Part shown: piece after piece, positions 10,728-23,299 of the stretch | How positions within the stretch are numbered: position 1 is the stretch's first letter | Layout of the letters: every line of letters starts with the position of its first letter | NCBI GenBank assembly: GCA_032718475.1 | Contig: JAUCBJ010002322.1 | Coordinates: 1 to 61,459, forward strand | Direction: 5' to 3' | Length of the DNA: 61,459 nucleotides | DNA from: Nemertoderma westbladi | Taxonomy: Eukaryota; Animalia; Xenacoelomorpha | Notes under the pieces: model-generated | Databases searched by the model: none | Told to the model about the DNA's origin: nothing | What the model saw: only the letters and a program-made list of their open reading frames with translations | Position numbers and translations under genes: made by a program

Positions 10728-13700
10728 ATGAGTCAGTCAGGAGAGACGACACCGACGCGGACCCCGGACGAAGAACTAACGATCCGTGAGGCCGCGACCA
10801 GATGGTATAGGCCCATGACGCCGGACCCATCGGTAACGGGCGATCTGGCAGTTCAGGACGAGGGGGGCCGTCTGGAGCCAGAGGTCGAGTCGAGAGGAGA
10901 AGGAGACGAGTCGACATGGAACGAGGGTCGACGTGCCGACGTCACCGGCCAGCCACAGGCCGAGGGCGACGAACGGCCCACCGAAACGGCGACGGTGGGA
11001 CCGACGGTACAACGCCGGACCCGGAGAGATGAGGGAGATGTCGGTACCGATGTCGCCGGCCAGCCACAGGACGAGGGCGACGGACGGCCCACCGGAACGG
11101 CGACGGTGGGGCCGCCGGTACGACGTCGGACCCGGAGAGACGGAGGAGAGGTCGGCAACGAGGACGTCGGGGTTTCTGATCGACTTCGACAGGCCTACAA
11201 CGCGACCCGGAAGCTACTAAAGGAGGCCAAGAAGGGGGCGGAGATAGATGAGGTGAAGTTAACGAGAGGACTAGGTGAGTCGAATAGACATTTTAGCTAT
11301 CTAATGCGTTTCCGGCAGAGAGAACTGGCCAAGGAGAGAGCGAGAGGGGTTGCAGAGGAACTGTGTGATTTATGGCGGTATAGGGGTATGCAACCTAGTG
11401 CAGTGTACGTAGGGCCATACTTAGTCGATGCCCAGGGTGTAAAATTTGAGTGTTGGAGGAGACCTGAGGAGGGCGAATCCGAGGTTGAGCCCGAGGATTC
11501 GATCTCGTCGGTCGGGGGAAGTTCTGGAAAGGGGGGGAGAGTCAGTAGGTCGGGAAGGCGGAGAGAATCCGTCGTAACCGATAAGTCTGCTACATCCTCC
11601 GTGAAAGAAAGACGGGTGAGAGAGATAAATGCCACGTACCATCTCGACCTGATAGAACAAGGTCAGAGAGAGTTAAATAGACGGTTAGAGGAGGGGAGAA
11701 TACAACTAGAGAGGGAAGCGGTACTGATTAGAGAAACCAGGGAGAGGGCCGAAAAGGCCGTGGAAAGCCTTAAAGAGTGTGAGGAAATAGAAAGGAGGGA
11801 ACAAGAGGAGCGTGTGGCGAGAGAGAAAAGTGAATGCAAAGAGCGTGAGGCAGAACGCAAGGAACGTGAGGCGAGAGAAGAAAAGGAACGCAAAGAGCGT
11901 GAGGCAGAACGCAAGGAACATGAGGCGAGAGAGGAAAAGGAACGCAAGGAACGTGAGGCGAGAGAGGAAAAGGAACGCAAGGAACGTGAGGCGAGAGAGG
12001 AAAAGGAACGCAAGGAATGTGAGGCGAGAGAGGAAAAGGAACGCAAGGAACGTGAGGCGAGAGAGGAAAGTGTGCGTAGAGAACGTGAGGCGAGACGAAG
12101 GGAGCGAGCTAAGAGAGAGGCGGAATTGGCCGACCAGAACGCACGGGAGGATCGGGAGAGAGTAGCAAGAGAGAAGCGTGTGCGAGAGAAGGTGGAAAGA
12201 GAGCAAAAGGAGCTTATAGAGTACAAAGCTAGACGCATCCGCGAACTAGAACTGGTGCGGATAGGGGCGTCTGAGATCGGGACTGGCTCGGATATTTTCA
12301 TACATTATTATATATATACATACATATTATATATACATTTATTGATGCCCCACTTACAGAGACCGCACGACAGACACGAAACTGGTGTGACCGTACGGGC
12401 GGGGGGGGGGGGGGGGGGGGGGTAATAATAATGCTACCGTAGACGACGTTAATATTAATGGTACCGTATCTGATAATCCTAACCAAACTTATATTGCAGG
12501 AAATACTTTGCCTGGTAGTAGTAATTTGAATTTAAATACAGATAGCTTAAATAATAATTTCGATTTAAACGTACAAAATAATCCGAATAATAATTTAAAT
12601 TTAGAAAATAATAATAACTCAAATAATTTAAATAATAATCCAAGCCCGAATTTACAAAATAATTCAAATAATGTAGTCGCACAAAATAATCCAAATGATT
12701 CTATTTCGAACGAACAAAATAATTCCGTTTCTAATATAGGTGCTATTAAAGCGAACGCGTTGGACGTGCATGAGCCGACAGGCGGCGGCCTGGTAGGCCA
12801 CGTAGTTATTAGGCAGGAGGTGGCGGGGTTGAGTCGACCCGTCGGTGGCCTGGTAGGCCACGTAGTTAGTAGGCAGGAGGTGGCGGGGTTGAGCCAACCC
12901 GGAGTAGGCCCGACAGGTCAAGTAGTAGTGGAGAGAGAGGCAGGGGTAAGCGAACCCAGCCGCAGTAGAAACATTGTGTCGACTGGAGAGGTGTGTAGAA
13001 GAGAAGTTAGAGGTAGCGGTGTGATATGTGGCGAGTGGGGGGGGGGGGGCTACAGGAGCCCCACAACGAGGAGTTAGTGGCGAGAGGGGGGGGGCAGAGA
13101 GTGTCCCACAGCCGTCAGCGGATAATGCGCGGGCCGAATCAGGTAAACCGCAACACCCTGCGACGGAGAGTAATAGGGGGATTGCGAGTATCCCCAGCGG
13201 CGTGCGATCGAGCAGAGAGAAGCAGGTTGACGTCGCTAGAGGGCGGACCAAACGTCGAGCCCGATCAGAAGAGGGAAGAAGAACAGTGGAGTTTAACCGG
13301 GAGGTCGACGAGAGATCTCACGAGCGGGAATACTGCACTGAGAGGAGAAGAAGAGAAGACAGCAGAAGAAGTATCACCGCGAACGACAGGAGAGCAAGGA
13401 CGGATAGCGAGCCATCGGTAGTCGAGATGGAAAGAGAGAGTCGGTGGGGTCGAACTTCAGGAGATTGCCGTCGCCCCGGAGAGACGCGACCAAACGAGAC
13501 GTGTCGAGAGAGGGGTACGCGATGTACCGGCACGTAGACGAGAGTAGTAGAGAGGGTCGAAGAGAAACATTCCGACGGGATATACCTACAGACCGAGAGT
13601 ACGGTAGCCGCGGGGAGGATTATTCGAGAAGAATAAACTTCGATCCTGAGCAATACATACAGACTGTAGGACATACTGTAGGCCTTACTGCACATACCAT

Positions 13701-15331
13701 AGGCCATACTGACAGGAATAATGTAGGCGAGAGGATAGCGCGGACGACGGAATTAAACCCAGAAGTTGCGGAGTACATACCGGCAGGTAGGCCAGAAGCT
13801 GATAGGCCTATACCGGTACCAGTGCAGCAGTATGACTACAGCACGAAAGGATATAACATATACCCAGGGGAGGGGGGAATTATTGCGGATAGATGCATGG
13901 GTCCCAATATATTAACATCAACCCCAATACCAAACATACCGGTGGGGGGGGGGGGGTGCAGGGTGACATTCCCCCATCGCAATATCAACAATATACCCCG
14001 ATAGGAGCAAGGACAATAAGACCATTGGATGAAAATAAGTCGTGTGACACAGAAATATGGAGGGGGCCGCTACCCACAATGATATACCCAAGCCATAGGC
14101 AGAAAATAGAACGAGCGGACCGCACCCAACAGGAGGAACTATACAACATCCATCGAATCCATTGGAAGCGCAGGCGATGGGGATGGCCACATTGATCGAT
14201 GCATTAAAAACAAGGATCGAATTACCACCCGTGGAACCATTCAAATTCGATGGGAGTAGGCCGGAAGAATATCTCCAGTTTCGGCGTATGTATAGCAATG
14301 AAATACTAACAAAGAACTTAACGCAGGCGGAGTGCCTAAAGTATTTGCAAGTATACACAGGAGGCCCAGCATACGACATCGTGAGGCAATATCAGGGCAT
14401 AGAGGGCGGCTTCACGACAGCATGGCGGGCATTGGACAGGGAATACGGACAACCGGCCAAGATCATCAGGCAGACCCTGAGAGGCATAACATCGGGTAGC
14501 CTACAGGATAATCCCGTTAGCATTAAGACGTTTGCGAACAAGGTCGAGAAGGCGCTGATCGTGTTAAAGACGCTAGACGCGCCATACGAACTCAACGCGT
14601 CCAACAACATCACCACGATAGCGCAGGCACTACCGATGTGGTTGCGCAACAAGTGGAGGAAAATCGCTTTCTCCACTCGAGATAGGAAGGGTGCGGAACC
14701 GGGATTAGAAGAAATGTCGAGCTTCTTAAACTACGAAGCCGAACTAATAACCGACCCAGTCTATAGCGAAGATAGCCTGGGAAAGGGACCGAAGATGGAT
14801 TACCATAGACCGAAACCAGAGCACAATACATCAAACTCATTACCAAGGCTCAGGCAATCACTGCCATATGCAGCGACGCAGGGGACTGCAAGTCCACAGG
14901 TAGCCGAAAGTAAGACCACACCATGGAACGGACAGGGGAACAATAACAACACGAATAAATATAACCCCAGTACGTCCAGTAGGCCGAACCCAAACAATAA
15001 GAATAGTAGGGACTTTGGTACAAACGCAGCTGTGATACGCGATGCACTGTATAAGGAGGGCTACGACCCAAAGAGCAAATGCCAGCTACATGCAAATGCG
15101 CTTCATCAAACCATGAACTGCAGGTACTGGCAAGCGCTATCTAGGCAAGATCAGATAGATTATGCGGCGAGCAACAAGATCTGCTCGCGATGTGTGATGA
15201 GTGGACATAGAGCTAGGGAATGCAAGGAGAAGCCGGTCAAGTTCGGTCAAAGGAAAGGCCAAACGATGGCAACGAGCACAGTAGGGGCGAAGAAGAGAGG
15301 AACAGTGTTACTTGGGGTAGTACCCGTATGA
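10728..15331 (+). pseudogene. gag: Bel/Pao gag with very long N-terminal extension (broken by G-run frameshifts and a 47-bp AT insertion)
   Basis: Capsid-like region (FDGSRPEEYLQF...LKYLQVYTGGPA...AWRALDREYG) and CX2HX4HX4C / CX2CX3GHX4C knuckles in 14162-15331; upstream ORF pieces join at G homopolymers (12401, 13037, 13085, 13944). Confidence 0.85.
11838..12090 (+). repeat. Coding 33-bp minisatellite (EREAREEKERK)n in gag
   Basis: Repeats of GAACGTGAGGCGAGAGAGGAAAAGGAACGCAAG. Confidence 0.9.
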
Positions 15332-18300
15332 GTGATTGGAGAAGGCAATCGATCAGTAACAACACTAATGCTGGTTGATAGTGGAGCTGCCTTCACACTA
15401 GTCGAGGATTGGGTGGCCGAAGAAATAGGATTGAGAACGAGGCCAAGCAGAATGGCGGTAACAACCATCTCCAGCAAAGATGAGGTCCTGGAGATGAGAA
15501 CCGGACGGTGCACCATTGTAGTAATAGCACCAGGATGCGACTATGGGGGGAGCATCGATCCCATCCAAGTGATAGAGTCAATAAACATCAATGCCAGATG
15601 GCCAACCAACATCGAGGTCGAACAATATAAATTTCTGGACGATATTGACTTCTCAATCCCAGATGTGGGCATTAGGAAGGTATCCATCATAGTAGGAATG
15701 GACTGCCCAACGGCCCACGAAAGAATGCAAATGGTCTTCAGCGAAGACAAGCAGTGTGACCCGGTGGCGATACTGACACCATTCGGGTGGACGCTAAGTG
15801 GCCCAATCAAGAGCAAGATACCATTTAGGATGTCGGAGACATTAGGATGCATGTTCGCGGGAACTATGCAGGAAATGAGTGATGAGAGAGCAGAGGAGCA
15901 ACTTAAAAGACTGCTCAGACAGGATTTTGAAGGATTAAAGGAGACCGGGGTCGGGACCTCGGTGGAAGACAAACAGGCTCAGCAGAGTGTAGAGGAGTCT
16001 ATGAAGTGCGACGAGGGGCGGTACACGATAGGAATGGTATGGAAACTACCGAAGTTACCACTGCCCGATAATAGAGGGATGGTACTCACGAGACTCCGCA
16101 AGCTGAAACAAACACTAAAACGGAGTCCCGAGAAGAATGAGTACATCCACAGAACGATTAAGAAGTACGTGGAGAAAGGATGGGCCGTGGAGTTACCGGT
16201 CGACGAACCGAACACGGACAGGACATATTACCTGCCACTCCACGTGGCTTTAGACCCAAAGAAATGTAAACTGCGGATGGTAGTTGACGCATCGGCAAAG
16301 ACCAATGGAAAATGCTTAAACGACTATCTGCTAGAAGGTCCAAACATATACAACTCGGGGATATAGGTCCTACTTAGATTTAGAAATGGGAAACACGCCT
16401 TCACGTGTGACATAGAAGGCATGTTCAACCAAGTCCGTGTAACGGAGGAAGATAGCGACAGTCAACGCTTCTTATGGTATAACGGCGAGGAAGAACCGTC
16501 GATAATACCGGCTTATAAGATGGTAGTACAAAACATGGGAGCCAAGTCGTCTTCATTTACGACGACTATGGCAGTGAGAGATACGGTGAAGGGGAAGGAA
16601 GATAGATACAGCACTAGGGCCGTCGATATGATTCGGCGCGGCTTCTACGTAGACGACGGAATGGAGTCTGGAAATACAGTTAAGGAGATACTGGACACAG
16701 GGCGCGAGGTTCGCGACATCCTAAACGGATCCGGCTTTAACCTGACCAAATTCCAATCCAGTTCGGAAGAATTTATCAAGGCGATAGAGGACAAGAGACC
16801 AGAATCGACCATGGATAATCCCACAACAGCCAAAGGGCAGGACATGGCGAACAAGAGGACAGAATCTCAACAGAAGGCACTGGGAATCGTGTGGAACAGA
16901 GAGACAGACGAACTGAAGTATCAGCTGAGCCAGGAGGGCGCAGACATCCACACGAAGAGGGGCTATGTGTCGTATATAGCACGGATATACGATCCCCTAG
17001 GTCTTGCATCCCCATTATTAGTCACGGGGAAACAGATACTCAAGAGAGTATACAAATTAAAGGATGAGTGGGACGTAGAGGTACCAGAGGAAATCAAGAA
17101 ACAGTGGAATAAGTGGACAGGAGACTTGGAGAAGATGGGAACATACAACATGCCACGAGTGTATTTCCCGGATGGGAACATGACGAATCTGGACCTACAC
17201 ATGTTCTCCGATGCGTCGTTGGAGGCGTATGGAGCGGCACTCTATTTAGTACAACGAGAGGGGGCCCACAAGCCCAGACTGGCCTTTTTTAGCAAAGCAA
17301 AGTCAACGCCGCCAGATTCAGCATCAGTTCCCAAACTAGAATTGACAGCTGCTAGACTAGGAGTTAGAGCCACAGCCTACCTAGTGGATACTATTCCCAA
17401 CATAGTGGAGACACACTACTGGACGGACTCCATGGTAGTGCTTGGTTGGCTACATAACGAAAGGACGAGATACCCAATATTCGTTGCGAATAGGGTAGAC
17501 GAGATAAGGCCGACCACAGAATTGGAAAGGTGGCACTACTGCCCGACGGACGAGAACCCAGCGGACTTGTTATCAAGGGGCGTGGCACACCACACTTTCT
17601 TGAAAAAGGAAGGATTGTGGCAACACGGGCCGCAGTTTCTGAGCGACAAGGAGGCCTGGCCACCGATGAGAAAGGTGGACCCGGACTCAGGAGAGGTAGT
17701 GTCAGAAGGAGAAGAGGGAGATTCAGAGGGAGAAGAGATATACTCCCAGATGGTGAGGGAGATAAGGGACGTGCAACCTAAACCAGAAGAACTGTGCGAT
17801 AACCCGACAGATAAACTCCTCAGCTACAGCTCTAGTTGGTATAAGACCAAGAAATTAGTGGCGTACTGGAGAGCCTTCGGGAATTTCCTCGCGGGAGTTG
17901 GGAAAGACAAGAAGATCAGGACAACCATAGATCTGGAAGGAGCGGCCAAGGCAGTCATCCACTATGAGCAACGGAAGAACTATGGCGACGAGGTGGAATG
18001 CGTCAGTAACCAACAGCACCTTCGACGGGACAGCGAGCTGATCACGCTGTCGCCACAACTTAATGACGACGGGATTCTAGTAATGAATTCTAGGGTGGGA
18101 TACAACAACAGCATAGTCGTACCACCGAAACCCATCATCATTCCCACAGGATCGCCAATAGTCCACCAGATTATCTGGGACTCCCATAAGTCGATATTGC
18201 ACGGGGGCACCAACCGAACTCTCACGGAGATAAGGAGGACCTTTTGGGTCAAGCAGTTGAGGAAGAAGGTAAAAGCGGTAGTGGGGCAATGCCGGACCTG

Positions 18301-19294
18301 CCGACGAGCGAAGAAGGAGCGAGCCATACAAGAGATGGCACCACTACCAGCGAGTAGAGTAAGACAGCACAACCCGCCATTTACACATTGCGGTGTGGAC
18401 ATGTTCGGGCCGATAAAGATCAAGGTGATGCGGCACACGGAGAAACGCTATAGTATTATCTTCGTATGTAACAACACGCGGGCGGTAGGGATAGAACTCG
18501 CCCAAGATGCAACCGCATCAGCATTTATTAATGCGTTAGAAAGATTCAGAGACCGCAAAGGTGGGACGATCGCAGTAATATACTCAGACAGCGGAACCAA
18601 CTTTGTGGGAGCAGAGAACGAGATGGCAGAGGCCTTGGACATCTTGGAAGGGGAGGAAGTCAGGGCGGCCATGAGACGACGACAAGTAAAGTGGGAGAGA
18701 AGGACGCCGTATGCACCACATACACTAGGATGCGTCGAGAGACTGGTGGGCAGTTCAAAGCGTCTTATGACAAAGCTAATGAACACCCACATGGTCACTG
18801 GGGACGTCTTAAGGACAGTGCTTGCGAAGTGCGAGGGGATCATTAATAGCAGACCGCTATATCCGGAGAATAATGACCCTGAGTCATTAGATGTGCTGAC
18901 ACCCAGCCATTTTCTAATGGAAAGGCCAGCGACCATCGATATGCGGGGTGTAGACCCAGATGACATACACTCCCGCCAGAGTTGGAAGGTCGCTAAAGCA
19001 ATAAGCGCAGAGTATTGGAGGAGGTGGTTTGAGGAATACCTACCCACGCTTCACAAAAGAAGCAAGTGGAGGAAGTCAAATAGGGAGTTAAGAGAGGGAG
19101 ATCTCGTAATCGTTACGGATGATACTATCATCAACAACCAGTGGCGGTTGGCGAGAGTCGTAGGCACTTACTCCGATGAGGACGGAAGAGTCCGATCGGT
19201 AGAAGTGCGGATAGGTGGAAAGATCGGTGTGAAAGACAGAAAAACCTACAGGAGAGCTGTAGGGAAATGCTGTCTATTAGAAGGGGCACCTTAG
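15332..19294 (+). pseudogene. pol: Bel/Pao pol (protease, RT, RNase H, integrase) with an in-frame TAG at 16364
   Basis: LVDSGA protease; YLPLH..RMVVDAS, DIEGMFNQV, FYVDD RT; FSDAS, PKLEL, WTDS, NPADLLSRG RNase H; H-H-CXXC, GVDMFGP, YSDSGTNF, VERL integrase. Confidence 0.95.
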
Positions 19295-19402
19295 GGTGGA
19301 GTTAGAGTGTAGTTTAGTCGTCCAAGTTTGGACTGAGGGGGTGGGATTAAGGGCGAGACGCCCTTCCCACACATAAAAATGAAAAATAAAATAAATAAAA
19401 AT

Positions 19403-19850
19403 TAGAGTTAGTTAGTTAGGAGTTAGTTAGAAGGTACGTAGTACCTAGAGTTAGTTGGTTAGAAGGTACGTAGTACCTAGAGTTAGTTAGTTAGAAGGTA
19501 CGTAGTACCTAGAGTTAGTTAGTTAGTTAGTTAGTCAGTTAGAAGGTACATAGTACCTAGAGTTAGTTAGTTAGTTAGTCAGCTAGAAGGTACGTAGTAC
19601 CGGTAGTTAGTGGAGTTAGAGAGTAGTAAGAGGGTACGTAGTACCGTTAGTGGAGTTAGAGAGTAGTAAGAGGGTATGTAGTACCGGTAGTTAGTGGAGT
19701 TAGAGAGTAGTAAGAGGGTACGTAGTACTGTTAGTAGAGTTAGAAGAGTAGTAAGAGGGTACGTAGTACCGCTAGTGGAGTTAGAGAGTAGTAAGAGAGT
19801 ACGTAGTACCGATTAGTAAGAGAGAAAGGTAGAAGGGTATACATAGTATA
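19403..19850 (+). repeat. Array of 10 GGTACGTAGTACC hairpin units with (TTAG)n / purine-rich spacers
   Basis: Units at ~19433, 19465, 19497, 19545, 19589, 19633, 19673, 19717, 19758, 19798. Confidence 0.92.
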
Positions 19851-20293
19851 GATATTAGTTAGTAGTTAGTAGCGAGAGGGGGGCATATGAGTACAGTTGG
19901 ATAGATCGTGTAGGCCACGCGACATATACTGCTGTACTGCACAGGCCCATAGCGTAGGTCAGAATGTGGATTATGAAATAGAATAATCCATAAGCAGTAA
20001 ATAGTAGAAATAGATTAGAAATAAAATAGAATAAAATAGGGCTAAGAAAATTACAAATTATGGTAACAGGAGGGGAATTATTCTGGAACATAATTAAAGC
20101 AACGGACAGAAATTGCAAATAAGGTACATTTGTTAGCTACAAAATTAAGTAATAGAAATTAGGCTAAAAAGGGCGTAGTTAGATAGAAAATAGGCCATTA
20201 TCGGACCGTACAGATTATCCTAACTGTATCACTCACTTATATTGCGCCTTGGTAAGGCACCACCTTATAGGTGAGCGATCGGAGGAGTTCGAA

Positions 20294-22056
20294 ATGGCGG
20301 GAAAACTGATCAGAAAGAGAAAGGCGGAGTCAGGAGGAAAGGAGATACTGGTGGATTTCACCAAGAGGCATCCGGAAGAGAAGATGAGAGGATACTACGA
20401 GAGGTTGGAAAAGGGTCACGCGGCACGAGTGCTGCAGGACCACTTCCGGGAGATGCACGAACAGCGGCTGGTCGGGACCTACAGGACGCCGTCGCTGGAC
20501 AACGCGATCTTCCAACACTTCCACTACGTGGTGAAAGGGGATGAGGGGAAGTTCGGGATTCCGAAGTACCCGAGGGAGTCGCCGAAGAAGGATTGGAAGA
20601 GATTCATAGAATCCGTCAACAGGGGAGGATATATGATCCTAGACGGGAGAGGATAGAAGCAGAGGAGAGGGAGGAGGAGGCCAGGACGCAGAGTTACGGC
20701 TTCGAGGAACAGGCAGGCTTAGACGAACTTCGTTGGACTTCATCAGGGAGTTCGGGGGAGTCTCTAGGGCGAGAACTGGGATGGACGGTGGGATCGCCGA
20801 AACAGTCGACATCGGGGTTGCAAGCGATGCCCATACCAGCAGGCGCCGAAGGCGACCAACCGCCAAGGAAGTTAAGGGAGCTAGAGGGATGGAGAGCTAC
20901 GGGCGAGAGCCAAGGCGGGAAGGGACATAGTGGATCCATCGGGATACCGGGGTTGGAGCCACTGCCAGAGGAGGAGGAAGACGACGACGAGTTCGGAGGG
21001 GTGCCGCCCATCGAGAGGATTGGCCACTCGGACACGGACTGGGTTGGCGGGAGGGTGGTGACGGCCAGTGGGGCGAGGGCCTTCTGGGATAGACCCGGCA
21101 AGCGGGCCTGGGTACACGAGGAGCCGGCGATGGATTTCGCGGGGAGCACTATCAGGTTGGGCGAGCAACCGGGGACGGCACCACAGGTAGTATTCGGGGA
21201 GACGATGCCCGAGAGGGGCGAAGAGATCGACGTAGACAGGGACACTAACATGCAGAAGTTCGCCTACCAGCGACTCCACAGACCGCGGAGATCGCTTGGG
21301 ACGAAAGACGACGTGGGGCAAGAAACATTGGTACTCGGTTGCGACTACTGTGGGAGACAGACCCACCAGGAAAGGAGCTGTTTGTACCGGTTCCAAAAGG
21401 GAACCTTTTGTCTCTACTGCTGCGAGTCGAGCCACAGGATTGGGGCGTGTCCACGGTTGCATAACCGATGTCCGAAATGCAACTTTCGGGGACACTACGG
21501 ATGCCAGTGCGACTGGATGGACGACGAAGAGAAGTTCAGAAGATTCGAGGAGTGGGCCGACGTCGGGGCCATGACGCGCCAGCGCATGAAGGCCCAGGAG
21601 TTCAAGTGGGGTTTCTTCCTCATCAATCAGGAGGCTCACATGGAAATCATAAAGCGGAGGCTACCGTTTACCTATCAAGAGGTAGCAACGGCGGCGTCGT
21701 ATGCCGGGGTGATGAATACACAAAGGTATTTGGACAGGTGGACGCCACAGAACCGAGGGGAGTTTAGGGATTTCCTGGCGGAACACGTGCCGCGGGCAAT
21801 GAAGATGATCATATGGGACGCCACCAGGGGGAGACATCAGGGCCACTTGGAAGGGCCACCCGCGAAGCGATATCGGGAGCTGATAACACCAGCACCCAAG
21901 GAGCCAACGACCGGGATCAGTAAGGAGGTGGCGGCGAGGGTCCGAAGACAGAAAGCGGATCCCAGAGGAGCGGTAGTGACCAGGAAACGACCCAGGGAGG
22001 AGGACGGCAAAGGGAAAGACTTGAGGTGGTTCCCAAAGTCAGGGGGGATGAACTGA
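20294..22056 (+). CDS. Bel/Pao extra ORF: triple CCHC zinc-knuckle protein of unknown function (one apparent -1 frameshift at 20621-20628)
   Basis: ORFs 20249-20656 and 20593-22056 join into ~587 aa if one G is added to AGGGGAGG; CDYCGRQTHQERSC, CLYCCESSHRIGAC, CPKCNFRGHYGCQC; acidic tract and basic C-terminus; no signal peptide or TM segment. Confidence 0.75.
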
Positions 22057-22757
22057 GACTTCAATGTGGTACGCCTGGAAGGCGCCACGTGGGACGTACG
22101 AACTATTAAGTACAAATTCAAACTGATGCAGATAATTAAATAAGTGCAATTATATGTACGTACGTAGTAATCAGTAGTTTAGCAATGAAATATACGTTCG
22201 AAGTAAGTACTATAGTCATTCAACCTTTCTCAATTAGCTACTGGGACTGGGGGGCTAACTGACTATGGTACTATGGACGAGACACCAGACGACTCCACAT
22301 TTCTTGAGTGCGACGGCACAAAGGGGGAGTGAGATTCGTCAGAAGGGATGGGGTAATCAAAGGGAGGTCGAGTAGAGGTGATAGTGCAGAGTGCAGAGAG
22401 AGTGCGAATACAATTCAAGTGTGTGGGAGGAATAAGAGGCTGAGTGAGGGACAGGGAAGTCCGAGAGTTAGAGCGGTAGTGAGGAGGAGTAGAGGAGAGT
22501 CAGGGTGAGAACAGAGTAGAGTTAAAGTGGCGAAGTGTTGGGGAAACAAAAGTCGTGTGAGGAGCGCATGATCGGCCCGACATGGGACGCCAGGCAAAAT
22601 GGGTAGCGATATCATACCCATAGGGAGCGGCCTGGAAAGCCGGCTCCGAAAGAAAATAGTTCCACCCCACACCCGATAATAGATCGGGATCCAGCGGAAT
22701 TGTAGCGCACTTGAGGTGGATGCTATCTTCTCACCGGGAAGATAGCATGGGGGGGAG

Positions 22758-23299
22758 TGTTAGCTTATTCAATTCCGCTAACACAAACCCATAAAGTCAA
22801 CCGTTAAGCAATATTGGGGGCCACGAGATTGGGTAACTAACAACTCGTGTCACCCCAACAAAATGGGAAGGAGAAACACAATGAGGGTCAGGGGCCAAAC
22901 CCCTAACCGAGAGAGAATAGCTGGAGTGAACGGGAACACTCCAAAGGGCGCCAATAGGGACATTAGCCAATCAGAGGGGGGAAAGGCATCGGTTAGGTAC
23001 AGTAACAAGGCCAACCCGTGCAATATAACCAGTTGGCAGTAATCATCTCATTCAGTTATCTCAGTGTTATTGGTGTTACAGTAGCAATAGTTTAGCTAGG
23101 GAAGTACCGGGATTTCAATTACCGTTTCCCGCCTTCTGCGTACAACAATATTTATCTTATCCATTATCTATATCTATACTATACATATCCCGAATATTAT
23201 ATACAACGAACAACGTAAACTCTTTTATCTTTCACACACGGCGGGGACGCGTGAATTGACAAACCGGATAAACCGGGATCCTTCCTGGATCCCGTCACA
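22758..23299 (+). repeat. Bel/Pao 3' LTR (542 bp)
   Basis: Near-identical to the 5' LTR; preceded by the PPT; followed by ATACC TSD. Confidence 0.97.

Larger units (their letters stand above)
10125..23299 (+). mobile_element. Full-length Bel/Pao LTR retrotransposon with extra 3' ORF
   Basis: TG...CA LTRs, 5-bp TSD ATACC (10120-10124, 23300-23304), Gag-PR-RT-RNaseH-IN order with Bel/Pao motifs, PPT GGGGGGGAG before the 3' LTR. Confidence 0.97.

Noticed and set aside
11297-12301. Long antisense ORFs over gag, and similar ones over the extra ORF and the Gypsy element
   Set aside because: Shadows of repetitive or GC-rich sense coding sequence
12401-13957. Programmed frameshifting at G-runs in Bel gag
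   Set aside because: Breaks coincide with long G homopolymers, which are frequent throughout the window and prone to slippage or sequencing error
19403-19850. Hairpin array as CRISPR or telomeric repeat
   Set aside because: Spacers are low-complexity and repetitive; the unit is TTAG, not TTAGG arrays
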